DNA of 64,000 nt from a virus. The notes under the pieces are model-generated. The model was not told where the DNA came from. It did not search any database and was given only the letters and a program-made list of their open reading frames with translations. How positions within the stretch are numbered: position 1 is the first letter of the stretch; every line of letters starts with the position of its first letter. The translations under genes were made by a program, and so were the position numbers. This document shows, piece after piece, positions 29,365-38,300 of the stretch. Where the stretch lies: positions 32,001 through 96,000 of IMG/VR virus record IMGVR_UViG_3300013772_000002. The stretch is one strand, 5' to 3'.

Positions 29365-32300
29365 TGCCCGTCACGCCGTCAACAATCCCACCGAACAATG
29401 TTCCCGTCCGCCTTGCCGCTAACGCGGCGCAGGGAACGGCGCCGACGATGGGGCAAATACACGGTATTAGTAATGACCTGAAATTGGTGCCATCTCCGAA
29501 CGCGGGAAAGACTGACCTCACTCCGGGCGTGCCTGGTGGCATGGTGCCGAAACTCGCCCTCAATCTTCCCCAACGTCCACGCATCACGGCTGATCCGGTC
29601 GAAGATCAGCCATCAGCCAATGCATTTCCGGTTGCCGGTGGTGGATCGCCTCCGCCTCCCGCCGGTTCCGCCGTGCATCGTGCGGTTCCCCGGCTCTTCG
29701 GCGGACTCAATAACGCCAATGACCTGCGTCTCGATTACGCCGCCGCCGTTCGTCATCCCGACGGCGACTGGTTCGCGGACGGCGGCTACGCCCCGCCCCG
29801 CGTCACCGACGACCCGCTCGCGAATCGCGCGTACGGCGCTCAGCGCGCCGCCGCCCACACAAGCGTTGCCCAGGGTGCGCCCGCCGCTTGGGTTGGTCCA
29901 GACGGCGCGGTCGGTCATGGCATCTCGCTCCACGATCGCGAAGGTAACTTGATTGGTCATACAATGCGCCACTATCATGACGACGGCGCCGGTGGTATCG
30001 CGACACGCATGCACCCGATGACCCTCGCTCCAGGGATTAATCCGGCGGTCGCGCACCAGCACGCCCATGCCGAGGATCAATGGCTCAGGGGGCATGGCGT
30101 GACACGCAAGGAGCGGTCGGTCGGCGCCGGGCAAGAAGCACACGACGCGGCGCGCGAGGGCTACGACTTTGCCTCGCCTGCCCAGGGCTACAATGCGACA
30201 CAGCGCTATCACCGCTATCTGATGGAGCGCGGCCATACGCGGGCGATGAACGAGTGGCAAGATCGGTTGGCCGCCGAGGGGCGAGACGCGATGACGCCCA
30301 ACGAAATCGTCACGCACGCTCCCTTCCAGACACAGGTAACACAGCGCGGTGAAAACGGTCATGCCGAGGACTTTCCGACGGTCGGTGCGGGCACTGCCTA
30401 CATGCTCGAACATCAGCAGCCCTATGAGGCGGTGCAAGATTTTGATTCGCCCGGCGATCGGATCGGCGTTGCCCAACGCGCCGTGGAAATGAGCAAGTCC
30501 CTTGCTCCTCCGCCGATGCCGAAGATCGATGTCCATGCGGAGCCGCCGCGTGGCGCTTACCGCATTCCGCCCGTACCGAAACCGGCGCCCGCCCAGCCGA
30601 AAGCGGCGGAACCGTGGCATGGCACCGCTGAACGGGCGGCCGCGACCTGGCGCTCACCGACGCCTGAACCAGAAGGATGGGGCAAACCGAAGCCGCCGCC
30701 CGAGTCGGTCACTGGTCCTGCCGTCCATGGCGCGACTCCCTACGCCAACGTGACGCCAACGCATATTCCCCACGAACCGGATGCCCCGCCGGTCCACCAG
30801 ATGACCCAGGCGGAATTCCTCAAGACTGGCCACCTCCTCTACCCGAGCAGCGAAGATAATGGCTACGGGAACACCGCCCGTATGCGTCTGACGCCGGAGA
30901 TTGGCGGCAACCTCAATCGCTACGCCGAAGAGGTCGGCGGCGCATCAGTACGCGGCAGGCATCGCAAGGCGGGCAACAGCGACCCGACCGGCGGCGGTCG
31001 TCCTCCGGAGCACGCGGCGATCCAGACGGAGCGGCGCGCTGACCTTCGGGCGGCGATGGAGAAGCATGGCGTCCTCTGGCATCACGACGAGCAAGGCAAT
31101 CCACAACGAATCGACAACCTCGACGCCCTGCCCGAGCATATCCACGACAATGGCAACATCTTTGCCTTCCCGCCTGATGCGCCCAAGCAGGACGCGAAGA
31201 CGGTCTGGGGCAGTGGCTTCCGCGCCGACCAGGGTCACTCCCCTTACAGCGACGAACCCGATACCAGCGAGGACATGACCGATAGTTATACCGCCGGTCA
31301 TCACGGTAAAGTCGTCGACCATAACTTCCTCTTCGACGCCGACGATGACTTCGAGGAGAACGAGCACGAAGGGACACCCAAGAAGCCCGCGCCAGACCCC
31401 AAGGTCGTCCTGGCACGTCGGGACATGATCGGCAACAATGGCAAGAAAGTCCATGCGAACCTCGTACGCGCGGCCCTCATGCACGGCGACGAGCATGTCC
31501 CCGACTCCGTGCTCGCCGACTATCCGGGGTTGCGCGAGAAAGTCGACGCGGAGCGGCTTGAGAAGTTCCGTCCGCAGATGGAATACAACGCCACCCTCCG
31601 CCCCCACCTCGACGATTTTGCCGTCAAGGCGCGCAAATTTATCCAGAACAGCGTCGACAAGAAGATGGAAGGGCATCTCGCGGCCGTCAAGCGGGACAAG
31701 CCGAATCACATCCCCGAGTACGGTGATTTCGATACCCATCCCTCTGCCAGTGACCGTCGGCTGGCGGCGTTGGACTATGAGACCGTCGCCCCCTTCGACG
31801 TTCCGGATGCCCATGCGGCGATGGAGTCTTGGCCCAAGGGCGCGCGGGAGCTCCCGAAAGTCGGTCAACTCGCCAAGCACTACGACGCCCATGCCGCGCT
31901 GACGCGCCACCATAGTGGCGCGGACCTCTATCACTACACCGTCTCCCCCGGTCATTTCTCTGACTTCCAGCCGGAGCGCAAGACCGAATACGAACCGGAG
32001 ACCTCCTCGCGCAACGCCACCTACCTCGCCGAGACCCCCTTCGGCGCGGCAACCGGCGGCCGGGGTGGCTCGGAGAACCCCGACCCCTACTGGGGGGACG
32101 TCCCCCCGGCGCACTCTAGTCCCCCACCCACACTGCCGCTCGTCGGTCACCCGGAACGCCGGGACTATTCGCATCCCGGCACACGCGTCTTTGCCGTCAA
32201 GCATCACGGTCTTCGCACCTTGGGCGAGGACATCCCCAAGCATCCGATCGCCAACGAGGCTGAGTGGCATAGCCATCGCGCCCTGATCCGCCGACTGGCA

Positions 32301-35300
32301 GAGAAGCGCGATGCGATCAAGGACCCGAAGGTACGCGAGCGCGCCAAAGAGCTGATCGAGCAGCATCGCTTGGGTCTGGACGGTCATGTCGATGCGACGC
32401 AATTCGCCATGCGCTGGCACGATGCGGAGAACCCCTTGACGCAGGCCGCGGCAAAGGCGCTCGGCTACAATAACCTGATCGTCGCCGATGAAACGGGTCA
32501 CTCCTCTGCCGTCATGGATCAGTCGAAGATCAAGGTTGGGCAGCCCGTCGCCTCGATCTTGCGTGCCTACGAACCCGGCGATCTCGCCAAGACGCTCGTT
32601 CATAGTCTCGCACCCAACGCCAAAAAGAATGATGAAACCTGGCGCGACCTCGTCACCCTCCGTGAGTTGGGCAAGGATGAACTCGACGAGCACATCGCAC
32701 GTCACCAGGGCATTACCAAGTCAGTGCCAGTCGCCCGACCCGGCACTGCCGCCCAGATACCAACGCCAACTTCACCGCCACATATACCGACACTTCCGAC
32801 ACAAACCGCAACGCCGATTCCCAAACACACGTCAACCATCAGTCCGCCCGATGCACCGGGGGAAACGCTAGGTAAGCCCCCGAAAGACGAGAGGTCGATG
32901 GCCCAATATCTGAATTTTAAAGACCTCTATCACGGCACGGGCATGCCTCATTTGGAGCCCTCGATTCTGGATAGTAAAAAAGTTTCAGCAGGCAGTCTCT
33001 TTGGTCCCGGTATCTATCTGACGGATAATCCGACAGTCGCCCAAGGATATGCGCGTGACTCAGAGGGAAAGACCGGATACGAGTATCCCACCGTCTATCA
33101 TGGCAAAACGAACCTGCGCCGCGTCCTCGACCTGGAACAGCCCGCACCCAGACGCGTACGCACGCTCTTTCGCCGTGCCGCTGCAAAAGTGCCAGCGGGA
33201 CATCACGCGTCATACCCCGAAGGGCAGATGGCCGATGCGCTGATCGACCCGGCGACAAAGACCGAAGATTTGTATAGGCATCTTTTGAACGCGCACTCAT
33301 ACGTTCCGCATAGCGATGCCGACCATCCCTATCGCCAAGTCAACGACGAACTGGCGCGGATGGGCTATGACGGTCTGACGCATATGGGGGGAGGACGGCG
33401 GGGCGGTGGTAACATGCACCGCGTCGCGATCGTCCTCGATCCGCAGGGCAGGAATCGAAAGCGAGTGGCGATCTCGGTGAAAAAACTGATCCCCCAGTTC
33501 CAGGGGAATGAAGCGTCCCCATATCCGAACCTGCAATACGGAGCGGACGCGGTGAAACGGAAGCGGGCATATATCGAAGACCTGCACGAAACCGCACGTG
33601 ATTTTCGCCAGAGCCCGGATGTCTGGAGTGTTCCCAGTGGTCAACCACGTTATTTGCGCGAAGCACTTGATGCCGTCAAAACGCGTCACGATCCACACGA
33701 TACGATGCCGGATGGGTATGATCCGCGAAGATTACTGGCCCAGCAGGGCGGGATGTACGATTGGGCGCGCAACACCCTTGCTGGCGGGAAGTTGACCGGC
33801 AACGACGCTCATTTTCCCCACGATCACGACCTTCTCTGGGGACATAGCATCGTTGCCGATAAGGGGAAGGGTGGTCCCGAGCAAGCAGAGAATTACGATG
33901 CCCATCGTGACGAAAGCCAAAATGCGCTTAGGCGCGAAGCGCATCCCTGGCTGGCGCAAAGAATCATGGAGGCGGCCAAGCGCGACAAGTGGTTCACGCC
34001 ACCGGATGAAGAAGCAACGAAGACGCTTTCGGGCGGTCTCGCTGATATGCTGCTGAAGGCGCTGGTGCATACACCGTCATCACCGACGCCGCCGTCAATC
34101 GACCAGGCGCCGCATTCCGCCCGCCTGACCGCGCAATATGCCGCTGACCCGACGCAGATGACGCGTGCCCAGTTCCGCGCGCCGCCCCCCGTGGCTCCCG
34201 AGGGACGGCGGATGCTCTACCATGCGGTTCGCGATCCCGCCGTCATTCCCAACATTATCAACGAAGGACTGGACCCGACCCGGGCGCGCAGCGACATGGA
34301 CGGAGGTAGCAATGTCATCTGGTCGGCGGCGTCGCGCACGGGCTACGGACCGGAAGCGCACAAGGTCGCCTTCCATGTTCCCGAAGACGATCGCTCCGTC
34401 GAGCGTGCTGGCGGACCTGGTGAGGATGCGCACTATCGTGTTACGCGTCCAATCCTCCCACATGAGATCGCACAGGTTGATCGTCCCTACCACACCGCCG
34501 TCTCAGGCGGCAATACCCTCGGTGCCCAACGCGCGAGTCACTACGCCGATGCCTATCACGAGCACATCATCCAGGAAGCACTCGATCGTGGCGACCCGGT
34601 ACCGGAGCATGTGCGCGCGGAGTACCCACACCTCTCTCCACCAGACAAAGAACCGACGACGTGGCGCGATAACGTCAACCTAACCCCTCTCGGTGACGAC
34701 GAACTCAACGAGCATATCGCTCGCCATGCCGAATTGAACAAGTCGATTCCACAAGCGCCACCTGGTACTGCGGCAACGCTGCCGCCTCCGAAGCCGCCCC
34801 CGACGACGACGCCCACTCCGACCACGCCAATGGTGCCGCGCAAGGTCTCGCCTGCGAAAACCGACTGGCGCTCACTGGAAACGCCGCAGTCCGAGGAGCG
34901 AGCGATGGCGCAGCGCCTCAACCGGACCGACTTCTACCACGGCACGGGGATGCCGCACCTCGAACCGACTAACCTCGACAGTGGCAAGACGAAAGCCTCC
35001 GGACTCTACGGACCGGGCGTCTATATGACCGACAACCCCACCGTCGCTCAGGGATACGCAAAGGACTCAAGGGGCAAGGCGGGCTCCGAGTTCCCGGTCG
35101 TCTACCACGGGAAGACAAATTTTCGGCGCGTCCTAGATGCCGATCGAGAAGCGCCGCGTCACGTCCGGGATATCTTTCGCAAGGTAGCGAAGCCGTTCAC
35201 TGACGATGTTGACACTGACGCCGAGAAGTACGAGACCTTCGACGGGCACCTCAACGATCCCACAACGCCGACGACGAAGCTCTATCGCGCCCTGCGACCG

Positions 35301-38300
35301 ATGATCGAAGACGTCGACGACTACTCCGAGGAAGACCATCCGTTCCGCCAGGTCAATCGCGCACTTGCGAGTCACGGTTACGACGCGATTACCCATCTCG
35401 GCGGCGGTATTCGCGGCAACGTGCGTCACCGGGTCGCGATCGCCCTCGATCCGCAGCGCGAGGATCGCCAACGTCCCGTTTCGCCGATCAAGAAGCTCGA
35501 GCCGAAGTTTCAGGAGGGAGACGCATCGCATTACCCGAATCTGAACTACAGCTCGACGTTACATCAGAAATACCTCGACGAGTTGCATGCGACCGCCCGC
35601 GACTTCCGCTACCCTGGCAGCGCGCCGGACGCGGGGGATGCCACCGATGTAACGGACGCCCTCAGTCGTGTCAAGTACAAACATGACCCCGGAAATACCG
35701 CACCAGAGTCGGTCGACGATCGCGGCGTGAGCATGACGACCAAGTTGCGGCGTCGTGCGCGACTCTACCATTGGGCGCGGGAGATAGAAGAGCAAGGACA
35801 CGACGCCGATCTCCCTTTCGACGATGCCCAGGTGCCGAACGAACACGGCATGCTCTCGGGTCACGGCGTCGTTTCCCACGACAATCCCGACGAAGAGCAA
35901 GTACGCGAATACGAGAACAAGCGGCAGGAGGGTGATCACTTCCGCGGACAACCGTCCTACCTTCGCATGGGCGCGCATCCTTGGCTTGCCAATCGGATCA
36001 TGGAGACCGCCAAGCGCGACAAGTGGTTCGAGCCGCCAAAAGTGGAAGCAACGAAATCCTTCGCCGAACTCTTGCTCAAGACGTTCGTTCATACCCCCTT
36101 GACAGCGCCGTCCGGCCTCAGTGGTCGCTCCTTTGCTACCGTCCTCGTCACGTCACTCGACGGTAACCATGAGATACGCAAGGCGAGCGTCCCCCCGCCC
36201 CCCGCGTCCGTGCCGGCATCGACGGTTGTTGCCCACAACACGAACTGGTTCCGACGACCGTCAGGCGAGACGGGGACGACGGCAACCAAGACCGCAGCAA
36301 TCAAGGCACAGGGCGGTCTGACACTCACCGGCAATAATAAGGCGCCGATGACGCAGGAATTCAACCGGCGGCTTGGGCGTGCCCCGGAATCGCTGTTTAC
36401 GACGCGCACCGGGGATAATACGCTCGACACGATGCGCGAGAATGGCATTCGTCCCGAAGCGTCGCTCGCTGAACATGCTGACGCGTTCCGCGATAAACTC
36501 TATCTGGGCATACCCCATGATACCTACGGTCGGTTGAAGGTCGATGATATGTGGAGCCTGCCGAGTACGCGAGGGGCGTCACAAAACCCCGAGGCGATCG
36601 CCTCGGACCGCAGGGTCTACGAACAGAACCGCCGTCCACTTGCCGCGCACGATGCCTTTCATCGCGGAGTCAACCCAAAACACGGCGGAATCCGTGAGTA
36701 CAACGAGATTCCAATCGACCGCACTGCACACCCAAGTGGTCATTTTCCCCTCGATCACCTCGCCTTCGGCCACGACATCGTTGAAGGCGCGCTCGCCGAG
36801 GACCCCCAAACGACCGTCCATGACTACCTTCATAAACATCTCGCGCCCCATCTCGCCGAGCGTTTTGGCTATCAACTCCCCGCCCACGATATCAGTGCTT
36901 TGGCCGGACTCGATGATTCAGATTTCAGTGGCGTCCAGTACGACTATAACGGGCGCTCTCCACTGCCGATCGATCACTGGGACGGCGAAGAATTGCCACA
37001 GGGTATCAAAGACCTGGGTTGGCATACGCCGCAGGTCGAGAAATCGTTCGCCAAATCTAATGCTGCTCAGACAGGCGTGATGATCGGTCTCTGGGTGCCA
37101 AAAGAGGCTGCGGAGAAGTTGGCGATGCCGGACGGTGAAGAATCTGACGAATTACACATCACGCTCGCCTACCTTGGCAAATTAGGAGAGGACGTCGATC
37201 AACAGACAGTCACGCGTATGACAAATGCCGTCCGTCGTTGGGCAGCAAACCAATCTCCCTTTGTCGGCCATGTCGAGGACGGCGGCCGCTTCCCTGCCTC
37301 CGAAGGAAGTGACGGCAAGGACGTCCTCTTTGCCGTGCCGGAGATCGATGGGTTGCGCGAGGCGCGAACCGATCTCTGTCGACAATTGAAGAAAGCGAAA
37401 ATAGAGTGGAAGCAGGATCACGGATTCACGCCACACATAACCCTCGCCTACGTCGACCAGGGCGGGAAATGGCCTGCGGATGGTCCCGCCGAGACGCAAC
37501 TGACATTCACACACGTTACGGTTTGCGCTGGACCTGACCGGACGGCGATCCCCTTCAAGGGTATCGCAAAGGTACATAAAGATGGGGCGATTGGCGAGGG
37601 TTGGGGAACCTATAAGAAAACGGGCGCGGTCAAAGCAGAGAAAATGGATGCCGCTTTCACAGTCGCAACGAAGGAAGGTAAGGCTTCCGGCAAAGCCGGG
37701 GATTATCGTGTTACCGGGATTGATGGCGAACAATGGCCGATCCCTGCCACTGACCTGTCGCGTTTCTATCGCCCAACGAAAGAGGCGGGCGTCTATCGTT
37801 CCGTCGGCACACCTGTGCGAGCAAAGAAGATGACCGAGACATTCACTGTCAAGATTGACAATGGAGAACAATTGCACGGTAAGATAGGCGATTATCTCAT
37901 CGAGGGTAAGGATGGTGCGCGCTGGGTTGTTGACTCCCATATCTTTGCGCGCACGTACGAAGCCGTCACGGGCGTGTCGCTGGCAAAGACGCTGATCCAC
38001 GCCATGTCTGGATCGTCCACCCCCGCCGTTCAAAGGTCACCAACCACACCGATCGCCGCACCCGCACCCGCAATGTCGCCGAAGGCGGAGAACGTTAACT
38101 ATGCATCTCTTCCCAAGGAACACCCTTTCTGGGAGGGGAGCGACGATCATCTCTACCACTCCACTCCCGCAGATAACCTGCCGAGTATTGCGCGCCACGG
38201 TCTGCATACGAACATCCCATTCAATGACTACGAGGACGACGAGAACCCGGACGCACCAGGTGCGTGGCCGGAGGGCGGGAGTGAGCCGCGAACCTACTTC

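Noticed and set aside
30945-32705. 586-aa and other long minus-strand ORFs opposite structural genes
   Set aside because: Antisense shadows of GC-biased + strand genes; no RBS, motifs or operon logic
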